From Chrysochromulina tobinii (taxonomy: Eukaryota): a stretch of DNA of 48,914 nucleotides. This document shows positions 19,877-30,423 of this stretch, one piece after another (positions within the stretch are counted from its first letter, which is position 1; each line of letters starts with the position of its first letter). The DNA is taken from positions 1-48,914 of the forward strand of contig JWZX01002470.1 in NCBI GenBank assembly GCA_001275005.1, given 5' to 3'. The notes beneath the pieces were generated by a model, which searched no databases, was not told where the DNA came from, and was given only the letters and a program-made list of their open reading frames with translations. The translations under genes were made by a program, and so were the position numbers.

Positions 19877-22800
19877 TTAGAAGATATCCCTCGAGTAGCG
19901 CCCGAGCCGTCTGAGTAGCGCCCGTGCTCTGCCCACAGGGGATTGCGGTGCCGGTGGTGATTGCTGCGGGGGGATTGCCACAGAGCTCATCTGCCGCACA
20001 CTCTTCGAGGTTTCTTCGAGCGGGGACGGCTGCTGCCAGTTGCCATTATCGCTCAGGTTGAGGGGCGCGCCGAACACATCCTCATGGAACCTGCCCTCGA
20101 GCTTAAGCTGCTCAATCGCATCGCCACGGCCGAATATGTGGCACATCTCCAGCTGCACGCCCGCGGACATGTTGGCGTCGCCGCAGATGTAGACATGGCC
20201 GGGCTGGCGGCCAGCGCTGGGGTTGACGCACTCCCGAAGCAGATCGGGCGCCTCTTGCAGTGCGTGCTGCACATACCGCTTCGGGTTGGCGTCGCTGCGC
20301 GAGTACGCGACCACATATCTCGTGAGCGCGCCGCTGGTGAGGGCTGCCTTCGCCTCGGCAGCGAGCAGCTCGCCGTGCGGATTGCGGCAACCGAAGAGCA
20401 GCGTCGCCGGCCCGACGGCGGTGCCGAACTGGATAAGCGCAGTGCGCGCCGCAAGGAATCCTCGGAAGGGCGCGACGCCCGTGCCCGCAGCGATCATTAG
20501 CAGCGGCGCGCGGGGGTCGGCCGGCATGCGGAAGTCGCGGCATGCCGAGTACGAGAGACGAACTGCCATTCCCGGCTGTAGGGAAGTGAGGTAGCCCGAG
20601 GCGAAGCCGACTTGCAGCTGATCGTATGGGGTCGAACGGAAGGAGACGCGCGAGAGAAGCAGCGACACCTGATGAGAGGGTGGCAATCAGAGGTCATCAG
20701 AAAGGCCATCAGCGGAAGGAGACGCGCGAGAGGAGCAGCGACACCTCGTTTGGCGTCGCGACCTGGGACGAGGCGATCGAGTAGAATCGTGGCTGGTTGG
20801 CGGCGTGCATGATCAGCGCGCTCAAGATCTCGTACCGCGGCGATCGGTCGAGCGACTTTGCGGCGGAGAGGCTCGGCGCCAAGTGGAAGACGTCGCACAC
20901 GCGCATGCGCGAGCCGCGCAGGCACTGATTGAGAGTGGCCGAGTCTGCAGCTAGCGAGCGCAGCAGATCGGCATCGGCCTCATCGATTGGCGAGCACGCG
21001 GCAATAGCGAGAATGAGCTGTCCGGTGATCGGCACCATCAACGATACGTATCGGGTGAGCGCAATGGAGACGGTTGTCGGGACATGCAGCAGCAGCCCGT
21101 GGGTGGTGCCTGCTTTGGCCATTGCAGCCTGCAGCAGCTTCTCGGAGCGTGTGGCGTTGGTCTCATGTGTGTGGGACGACCCTCCGCGAGGTGTCTCGGC
21201 GCAGCTCGGGCTCGACTTGGCTCGGAGATCAAAGCAGTCCTCGAGCGCCATGCCGAGGTGCATTGCCATCTCCGAGACGATGTATGGCGGGTTCTCCGCG
21301 TAGACGCGTACGTGGTCGCCCGGCTCGTAGCGCGTCAGCCGCGACGGATTGCGCTGATTCGCTTTAGTCATGTCGATCCTGAGTAGGCACGTCGAGTGGG
21401 CGCACGTGCGACTCGCCAGAAGCTCAGTGCTCGACGAGACGATGCCGACGAGCGGCATCGCCTCATTCTTGCCGGCAGCGCACCGCACTGGCGCGGTGTG
21501 CCCATGAAAGTCCAAGAGGGACGGATGTACAGGCTCGGCGATCCAAGCTGGCGTGTCGTCCCATGCAGCGACGACGCCGCCCTCGTCGAGCTCTTTGCAC
21601 ACGGCCGTGCATCGGACCGCCTTGATCTTGCCACGCTCCGCGAGCGCGCCGAGCACGCTCTTGAGCCACTGCCGGAACGTCCCCTCCTCGTCGTTGAGCT
21701 CATCGCCTTTCGTCAGCGGGACGAGCTCACTAAAGGACGCCTCCTTGAACGTCGCATCCATCTCGACGGCCGCACTGTTGTACCGCGCGTAGCTCGAGTT
21801 GCCGCGCCCGTACACGGCCACCTCGGAACGAAGCAGCGCCGAGTGCAGCATATTCATCGTGTTCCGCCGTCGAACCTCACTTACGTCGTCGTCGCCGCCG
21901 CCGCTGCCCGAGTGCTCCTTATCTGACGATGGGGTGGGCGGCAGCTGTTCCGTGGAGGCCTCACTCGTGAAGAATGAATCGGTGCTCATCGCTTTTCGTC
22001 GCGTACGTAAGGATACGGCCTTCCCCAGTACCGGTTTTGTCGCTTCCTTGACCCTTTCACTGAGCGAGAGATCATCCTTCGGGCGGTGGAGGGCCTTTAG
22101 CAACGCGACGAACTGCGACGCACCCGACGGCAGCATGCCCGACCCCGACGTGCACGTGAGGAAGAGGCATGCGTCCGCCCCGGAGAGACTCGCTGTGAGC
22201 TGCGCGAGCGCGGCGGACTCCTCGGGGGGGTGGTTAGTCTTAAAGACGCTTGCGAGATCGACGAGCCTGACGTTGAGCACCTGAAGAGGGAGGCAATCGG
22301 AGGTCATCAGAGGCCATCGCCTCACATGGCGAGATCGACGAGCTTGAAGCCGAGTACCTTGGAGAGCCAGTGCTCCGCCTCGTGCGCGCGGGCGCGTGTC
22401 GTGCCGGAGACGCTGGCGAACAGGACGACGACGTGCGTGCTGAGCACGACGCGGCCCGTCAGCTTGAACAACTTCGAGGCCAAGAGCCTCGCATACTGTG
22501 ATTCCTTCGACGAGAAGAGCACGCCACGCGCAAGTTCGCCGATCGTGTGAAGGTCGAGCGCATGCTTGAGGTACGCTCTCCACCCGGGTGCGTAGACGTA
22601 GGCCGGGAAGAGGGTGTACTCGGTCCAATGCTTTCCTTCGAGGTACATCTTCATCGTCGAGCTGGCTGTTGGCGGCGTGAGCCACTTCCAGTTGGCCGGG
22701 CAATAACCGCGGGTCGTAAGCTCGCCTTTGTGCCAGGCGAAGAACGTCTCCGCCACTTGGTGGTGGTTGACAAGCGAGACGGCGGCGATGGCAAAGGAAT

Positions 22801-23967
22801 GCAGGATCGCCTCGTTGAGAGTCGCGAGCGCGTGCTCCTTCCACATCGACGCCTCGTCCTTGATGTCGAAGCCTAACAGCCTGGCGATCGGACCGAGCAT
22901 ATCGTACCGGTCCGCGTCGCTCAGGTTGCGCATGATCTCCGTGCACATGTACCAGCCGCTGAACGGCGCCGCGGTGTACGAGAGGCCGCCGAGGCTCAGG
23001 TCCATGTTGCATATGGCGGGGATTGCGTACCTGCACAGGGTTATCATTCACGTGCGGGGATCTTGTATCTTAACCGTGAGGGATCGCATGCAACCGGGTG
23101 GTCGAGGTGCGGGGGCGTGGCAACAGACCATTTGAGTCCCAGGTCGCCAAATCCCGCAATGCGCGGGTGTGTCAGGTCGACGACGCGAGCGACTTCTTTT
23201 GGCAGCTCGAAGATCTCCGGCGGCTCGTTTGGGTGGATCTGTAGTATTAGGGGGAGGATGTCGAACATTGATGGCTCACCAGATGGTGCCCAGCCAAAGA
23301 CCTTCTTGAGCAGCTTCGTGAACTGGAGCTCCGCCGGATCGCCGAGTACCTTGCCGCCTGGAAGTTCGTGCCCGGCGAACCGGACAAGCTGGTTGTTCCA
23401 TATGCGCGGGCCGATGGCGACGGGCGCGCCCGACTTCGACTTGCTCGAAGGAGCGCTCGCGCGGAAGATGGAGATGACGGCGGTCACGGCCTCGCCGGCT
23501 AAAGCACGCCTCAGATGGTCAACCAGGCATTCGAAGAATTCGGCGTTGGTCTTGACGCCACGTCGGTCTAAGAGCTGCAGTTCGCCGTGCACTTGACGGT
23601 TGATGCACTTGCCGGCATTCCGCCACGCCACGCGTGAGCCATGCTCGAGCTCTTCGAATGTGTGATCGTAGGCGCCGGTGCGTCGGATCTGTTCAAGGAT
23701 CTCTGTCAAGCGACCGTCATGCTTCTCCTTGCTCACTCCGCGCTCCCTACAGAAGAGCTCGGTGAACTCGGTCGCCTCTCGCACCATCCGGTCGATCGGC
23801 GTCTCAATGATCGCACCAGGGGTGCAACCATTCGAGCAGATTTGGGGGCTGCGGCCGTGGACATAGCCCGGGTACGGATGCGAGTGCACGGTGCCGTGGC
23901 CAAAGGGACAGCGCCCTTTGACGTATTTGGCGGGCTCGTCGGTGATGATGTCAGCTTTTGTTGACAT
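19877..23967 (-). CDS. NOS: Nitric oxide synthase (oxygenase + CaM-binding linker + FMN/FAD/NADPH reductase), 4 exons, ~1279 aa
   Basis: Exons 23967-23129, 23030-22358, 22280-20745 and 20668-19877, joined by GT-AG introns, give one frame. Oxygenase motifs: AWRNAGKCINR (heme Cys), RIWNNQLVRFAG, KWYAIPAICNM (restored across intron 1), FSGWYMCTEI, CPANWKWLTPP. Reductase motifs: LFASVSGT, PRFYSIASS, AGTGVAPFRGF, LFGCR, YICGD, RFHEDVFG. Confidence 0.93.
20669..20744 (-). other. NOS intron 3 (76 nt, GT-AG) beginning with a near-perfect copy of the next exon
   Basis: GAG|gtgtcg...tcatcag|GTG TCG. Removal joins two frames and removes a stop. Confidence 0.88.
22281..22357 (-). other. NOS intron 2 (77 nt, GT-AG) beginning with a degenerate copy of the next exon
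   Basis: AAG|gtactc...ctcttcag|GTG CTC. Removal joins two ORF-track frames and removes a stop. Confidence 0.85.
23031..23128 (-). other. NOS intron 1 (98 nt, GT-AG)
   Basis: AAA TG|gtctgt...tgtgcag|G TAC GCA restores the conserved LKWYAIP. Confidence 0.88.
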
Positions 23968-26046
23968 TTCCCCAAAGGAGGCGGCGATCGGCAATCCGAA
24001 AAAAAAATGCCACGATGCGCGAAGCCGATGGAGATTTTCGGAGAACCGCCGCGCCGGACGCGCAAAATGGTACAAATTCAAAACGATTCATTGATGTTTC
24101 ATAACGCTTTCTCATTAAAACATTGCCGAGCCGAGCGGCGGACGGCGGCGTCCTCCAGCAACGATTACCCCCCCAGCGAGGACAGGCTACCCGGTACCGT
24201 AATTAATTACGGTTAAAAAGACACCGGGGGGAGCCGGGACACACACGAGACACACGGGACACGCGGACGCACAAAGGCACACAGACGAATCTCACAACCA
24301 ACCAAACCCACCAACAACACACACCCCGCACGTCAGCGCGACAACCGAAGCCGCGGCCGACAAGCCCGAAGCCGACCGCTCCCCGTGGCCGACTCAGAAG
24401 AGGCCGCCCCCAGCAAACCCGACCCTGCCTCCGCCCGCTCCCAGAGCGCCTCCCCGCGCCTGCTCGAAAGCGGTCGGCGAAATGAAGGCGCGTGCGGCAG
24501 ACGCGTAACGGCCGGCGGTGCGGCCGGAACCCCCGATAAGCTCGAGGCGCGAGAGGCGGAGGCGGGCATGCGCAACGGCCGCGGCGAAGCCGACCTGGGA
24601 GCGCAGCGTCGAGATCATGAAGGACCGCGCGTCGAGCATGGAACGGGCGCCGAGCGACCGGTAAAAAGACACCGGGAGCCGGGAAACACACGGGACACCG
24701 GTAGCGTGGTGAGAGACGAGCGAGGGAGCAGCCACTTATTTGCACGCGCGTCGCCCGGGGCTGCTGGTCCCACATTAGGAATCCTACGACATGAGTGTAG
24801 TTTGCGAGGATACGAAAGAACGGGCGCGCCGCCGCCGGGCGCGACAGCCACGGGAGATGGGACTAGGATCTCCAAAAAGATTTCACACCCACCGGAGGTC
24901 CGAACAGCGGCGTGCGGCGCGTCGATGCGGCAATCGGGGGGAGCGACGCAAATGAAGTGAGTGTCTGGAACCTTTGAGCGATGGGGCACCTCTCAGCTGT
25001 AGGCAGCACGGTGGGATGCGAAGCCTCACTCGTGAGCCGTGATGCATCCCACTGAAGAGTCGCTGTGCCCCGCCTCAGTTTAACCTGCTTAAGGCATTCA
25101 ATTCCCAAACAGGTGTAGGGTTGGGGCCTTATAAACATGAAAAATAGTAGACCACTCCCCCTTCGCCCTTGGGTCAAGTAGGTTACCAAGCATCTGCATT
25201 TGAGTGCGTCTCTCTTCATATTTGCCTTCTAATCAGCGTGGGGAAGGGGGGGTCGGGGGATACCGGGAGGGTCTAGGCGCTAGCGTATACATGTAGTACA
25301 TGTACGTTCAGCCTGTCAGACGAACGTCTCAAGTCCATCTACATGTATGTCATCATGTCATGTGTGGTTATAACCCTGGTAAATCCTGGGACTTATCTGA
25401 AAAGATTGTGTGAGCGAAGTGTGTTGAGTCATACAATTAACATACAATAGAGTCATAGTGTTAGCATTCGTCTGGTTTTGTTAACGGCTGGAATATAATA
25501 CATGTCATGAACATGTGCTCTCTGAAAAGATGGTACTGTACAATTATCAGGAACACGCGTCGCACTGCGGCACATGTGGGGCAACTGGAGTCAGCATGTC
25601 AGCTATCTCAGCTGCTCCAGGTTTAACATCCCCCGGGTGACGTGGGGTTTGTTATCGGGTTCGGTGGGGTTTGTTATCGGAAACGTATCCCCATTCCCCA
25701 AAACCCCACCAATCCAAAATCGCCCTGCAGCCTGCAAAATCGGTTCACCCCACGACGAACCATAGGATACGAAATCGGACGATGTTCCCTGCACTCTGTT
25801 TCTCACGTGCTCATGACGGCGCCCTTTCGCCCAAGTACCGGTAGCTCGAAACGATGCCACGAGAGCTCCAAAAAGCAGCGAGATTTGTAAAACCTCGTCC
25901 AATTAAACGCGTGACCTCGAAGCAATGTGGTGCCCGCGTCGCTGAGCGGATTGTAGTGGAGCGGAAGGGAGGACAGACGCGTGGGGCTCCCGGGCCCCCG
26001 CTGCCGCCCTGCCACTGCTTTGTAGTCTGTGGTCGACGCCGGCGAG

Positions 26047-26538
26047 ATGACTCCGTACGAACCGCCGGAGACTCTCGCCGTCATGCTCGAAACCGCGCGT
26101 GCAGAGGAGGAAGTATGCGCGCGCATCGAGGCCCTCCTCTCTGACCTGGACGAAGGTGCCGAAGAACGGGCTGATTTGGAGGCGATGTGGGCAACGCATC
26201 ACAGCAGCTTGTGCCGGATACAGACATGGTTGGCGATGCGGCAAGCCGCCGGCGAGGGCGCGGCACCCTTGCCAAAGGTCGAGAAGGAAGATGAGAACAA
26301 AGGCAAGAAGGTTGCAATAGCCGACAATGGAACTTTGCAGCCCTCTGTCCTGGAGGTTACACGAGGTTACCGTGCCTCTGTCGATTGGAGCACGTTTGTG
26401 ATATTAGCGACGTCGATTGCCATCTCACTATACAGCTACTGGGACGGGCCCCTCTACACCATCGGCTTCTGCATAGGCGGCGCAGTTGTGTTCACGACAC
26501 TGCATAATTGGTGCAACAACATATACGGCGCTGCGTGA
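26047..26538 (+). CDS. Hypothetical small protein with two C-terminal hydrophobic segments
   Basis: Protein-like composition: acidic helical N-terminus, then FVILATSIAISLYSYW and IGFCIGGAVVF. No recognised family. Confidence 0.5.
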   Translation: MTPYEPPETLAVMLETARAEEEVCARIEALLSDLDEGAEERADLEAMWATHHSSLCRIQTWLAMRQAAGEGAAPLPKVEKEDENKGKKVAIADNGTLQPSVLEVTRGYRASVDWSTFVILATSIAISLYSYWDGPLYTIGFCIGGAVVFTTLHNWCNNIYGAA

Positions 26539-27751
26539 TTCGTTACGCCCATTCCATGTGGCATCGGCCAAGCCGATGAGTACAAATGTGGCCGCGCGTC
26601 TTGGTCGCGCAGCTGGTGGCGGGCCAGCGTGACGATCGTCAGCTGACTTTAGTATACGAGTTATAGGTCCGAGACTGAGGCTGGTCCGTGTCTCTGCCGA
26701 TCCGCGGCGAGCACGAAGGCCGCCATGATGTGCGGGCCCGCCCTATGGGGGCTGGGCCGCCTTCGCGATGTCTATCCGATCTATAGATCGTATATATCGT
26801 TACCGTCATGCGGGATGCGCATGCGGCGTACGACTGGCCCCACAGACGTCCACACACCGATCACCGTACAGCGTACACCTACACCGGTACCGGCTGTACC
26901 GGGAGCTTATCGGTTAATGGTAACAAGAAGCCTCAAACGACGCAACGGAACGGCAAGCATGCGCGCGCGCACGCGAATCCGCGCCGAGATATGATCAACA
27001 CGACATCCCCAGATATTTTTACACATTTTACAGCACGCGTGTGTCCGTCGACCGACTGACAGAGCTGTGAAATACACAGTAGAGTCAGTAGCTTGCTCAA
27101 ACACTACTGTAGCCGAGCCCCGAGCGGGTATACTCTCGCGGCTCGCGCTACAGTATCGGCGACGACGATCCATCGACGCTCGCGACGACGCTCACGGGGA
27201 CATGTTCAAGGCACCAGGCCTCACGGGGACTTGACAACCTCATTTGAGGTGCGACGACATCGAATGACCTCGGCGCGCGCGGTGAGTCTTCCCGCCAAAT
27301 CAGCCGCAAGGGTCTGCGTCACTTACGTTTGGAACCTGACGAGACGAGCCTCGTGATCGGCACGGCCCAGCCCAATGGCACCGGCACCAGCACTGGCAGC
27401 GGCACCGGAGCCGGCCCGGCCCTTCTCAACAGCCACGCCAAGCCAGGCACCTCCGAGCGCCGTCGTGAGCGCCATCGTACGATCGAGCCATGCGGCAGCT
27501 TCATAAGGGGGCGACACTCGCTCGGGAGTGTCGCTCCGCCCTCCACTGTCGGCCATGCCGCCGCCGCCGCCGCTGCTGCCGCTGCTCTCAGACGGCGGCA
27601 TCGGCACACGAGATCTGAGCTCGCCGTCAGACGGGACTCGAGATCTGAGCTCGCCGCCCTGCCCGGATCTGAGCTCCGTCGCGATCTCGCCGTCAGGGAC
27701 GACTCCGGGTCTGAGCTCCGTCGCGATCTCGCCGTCAGAGTCATCTCCTAG

Positions 27752-30157
27752 TCACACGTGTTGCGACGCATGCTTCTCGATAAACTCCTGGGTCCTCCGC
27801 ATCACACGCAGCAGGTTCTTGACGCCGGTCATGTAGCCGTCCTCCTCGCATGCGGCGGTGCCCTTCCACGGCCTCGTGTGGTCGGTGGAGGTGCCCGGCG
27901 CCAGCGGCGACACGAAGCCAAAGTTGATCATCTTGAGCTCCACCTGGGGCGAGATCGCGATCCGATTAGGGCGAGATCAGATCTGGCAAGGGGAGGCACT
28001 CCTTAGGGCGAGTGGCACTTCCGAGGCCCTCTGGGCAAGATCAGTGCAGATCAGGGCAGATCAGTGGAGATCAGTGGAGATCGGGGGAGATCAGGGGCGG
28101 TTGGCACTTCCGAAGCCCTCGAGCGAGTGTCACACGCATACCTTGTCGATGCGCGCCTTGTCATCGTAGAACAGCAGCAGGCCCGAACGGAGCATGAGGT
28201 GCGACGAGAAGAAGGAGGAGCGCTGCAGCGCCGCGATGAGCGTCTCGAGCTTGACTACGAACGCCTTGGCGAGCGCGACGTCGTACTGCAGAAAGGTGGC
28301 GAAGGCCTTGCACACGTCCGATTCCTCCTTGAGGGTCTCGAGGTATTTCCCCGCAGGCAGCGGCAGATCGGCGAGCTCACCGTTGACGACGGTTCGAGAG
28401 GCATCGATGCGGAAGCCGAGCTGCGCTGTGGAAGCATGCTCGTCGAGGAAGGTGAGGTAGCGTAGCAGCGACACGCCACCCGCCGCCTTGTCGGCCTCGG
28501 TCACAGCGCTCGGGTCGAACTCAAGCATTCGATCGAGCCTCTCGGGCTGCAGGTCCGCCTGCGCCTCGGGTGCAAAGTCATCTGCAACAACGGTACGTAC
28601 ACCCAGCAATATCCCCATCGCGCACGGCACCGTCATGCCCGCTGCAAGGTCCTGCATCCGGATCTCAAACTCCTCCAGATGCTCGGCCGCCGCCTCCGCC
28701 GTCGCCAGTGCACTCTCGACGTGACCAGCGTTCGGAGACACCGGAGGGTTGCTGTTCCCGTCAGGGCCGCGAAAGAGGGTTGCCACCTGTGCGACGGCTT
28801 TCACTTTGGCGAGGGGTCTGGTCCTCTGGCGCGTGATCGAGCGCCGGAACGACGTCCTCTCCTCGGGATCGGCCTCGTCGTCCGCGTTGCTCTTGATGCC
28901 GTAGATGGCCGGGATGTGGTTGGCCAGGTGACCACAAGACCCGATGGCGCGAAAGATCTGCGCCTCGCGCGCCGAGCAGAGCTTGCGGATCACGGCAAGC
29001 CCCTCGCGCTTCCAGTTGGGCACATAGCCGATCGCCTTGCCGAGGTGGGAGGGCCCCGCGGCGGACTGCGCCATCATCGCCGCGCGGTTGGAGAAAGCTT
29101 GCTCAATCTCCTCGGGCGTCACCTCGACGAGCATCACGGGCTGAGGTGGCAGCACCTGCCTGTCGCCGTCGGTGAGCCACTTGTGCGCGCGCAGCTGCAC
29201 GAGCGTGAGCCGGCGCTCGAAGTCGCGCGTGAGCAGCCCCTCGATGACCGCCCCAATGCCGGCCGACACCTCCTTTGGCGCTGGTGTGACCTCCTCCGCC
29301 TGTTGGATTTGCTCCATCAAGAGCATCACCGTCGGCGCGTTAAAGGGCATCCGGCCCGTGAGCCAAAGATACATGGTGACGCCTACGGCCCAAAGGTCAA
29401 CCACGCGGTTGTCGTACTGGCCCGACGAGTCGCGGCTGCACAGCTCGGGCGAGAAGAACGGAGGCGTACCCACCGTCTTCGCAGCGCCCTCATCGCCCTC
29501 GCAAAGCGACGAGGTGCCGAAGTCGCAAATCTTGAGCATGCCTGCGGCGCCAAATGAGCCGTCGCACGTGAGGAGCAGGTTGTCGGGCTTGATGTCACGG
29601 TGCACGATCTGGTGCATGTGCAGGTACTCGAGCCCCATCACCAGATGCCGCATGTGCGACCAGACCACGCACTCTGGCAAAGGGATAGGCCTGCCCTGAT
29701 GGTCCATCTTCTGGGACGGCCCACCGTCGACGAACTCGAGCACGATGTAGAGCTCGTCGTGCGTCGGGTCGAGAATCACGTCGAACATGTGCACGCAGTT
29801 CGGGTGCGCGATCTTCTTCATAGTGGCGATCTCGAGCTTCACCGAGTCGAGTGCGGAGCTCGCCTTGCCCGTCCGCTGCCGCTTGAGCGCTGACTTGCGC
29901 AGCACCTTGATCGCGTACGTCTCGCCGTCCTTTTTGCCCAGGAAGACCTCGCCGAACGCGCCCTTCCCGAGCGACTGCTTGACCTCATAGCCGTTGATCT
30001 TCTTGATATGGTGGCCCTCCTTGTCCACGTCGGCGTGCTCGTTGGTAATCGCACGCATCATCGAGCCCCTTCGCCCAAGCCCACCGACGCCGTGCGTCTG
30101 CCTCAAGGCCTCCTCATACTGGGCGTTCCAAGCGCTCCGACTCGGGGCACACCCCAT
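27752..30157 (-). CDS. CaMKK/GRIK-like Ser/Thr kinase fused to a degenerate inositol-polyphosphate (IP3 3-)kinase-like domain; 2 exons
   Basis: Exons 30157-28142 and 27943-27752 (intron 27944-28141, AAG|gtatgc...ccccag|GTG). N-terminal MGC. Kinase motifs LGKGAFG, AIK, HRDIKPDN, DFG, GTPPFFSPE, VDLWAVG. IPK-like motifs QDLAAG..PCAMGILLGVRT, LGFRI, SGLLLFYD, MINFG, EDGYMTGVKNL. Confidence 0.88.
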
Positions 30158-30423
30158 CCAAACGATTTGCCCGGTCGAGCCTCTCTAAGCAAGAGCGCCT
30201 CTAAGCGAGCGAGCGAGTGAGCGAGCGAGCAGAGCGATCCTTACGACGGGAAAGAAGGGCCTATTGCTTGCAAAGTAGTGCTGGCTCAAGACAGCGTTCG
30301 TGCTGGTGAGTGAGCGCGCGTTGTGTTGAACAGCAACTCAACTTGACAGCCTGGTAAGCGCGACTTACCTAGATCCACCTTTCCAAAGAACGGAAACTTT
30401 GACGAAACAAGCAGGATGGACCC

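Noticed and set aside
20709..23051. 780-aa ORF read as a standalone reductase, or NOS read as a frameshifted pseudogene
   Set aside because: All three frame changes are explained by canonical GT-AG introns that restore conserved motifs. The N-terminal part of this ORF is an off-frame reading of exon 2.
27319..27751. ORFs on both strands downstream of the kinase
   Set aside because: They are driven by tandem repeats and a GCC tract. I found no convincing splice junction linking them to the kinase and no recognisable domain.
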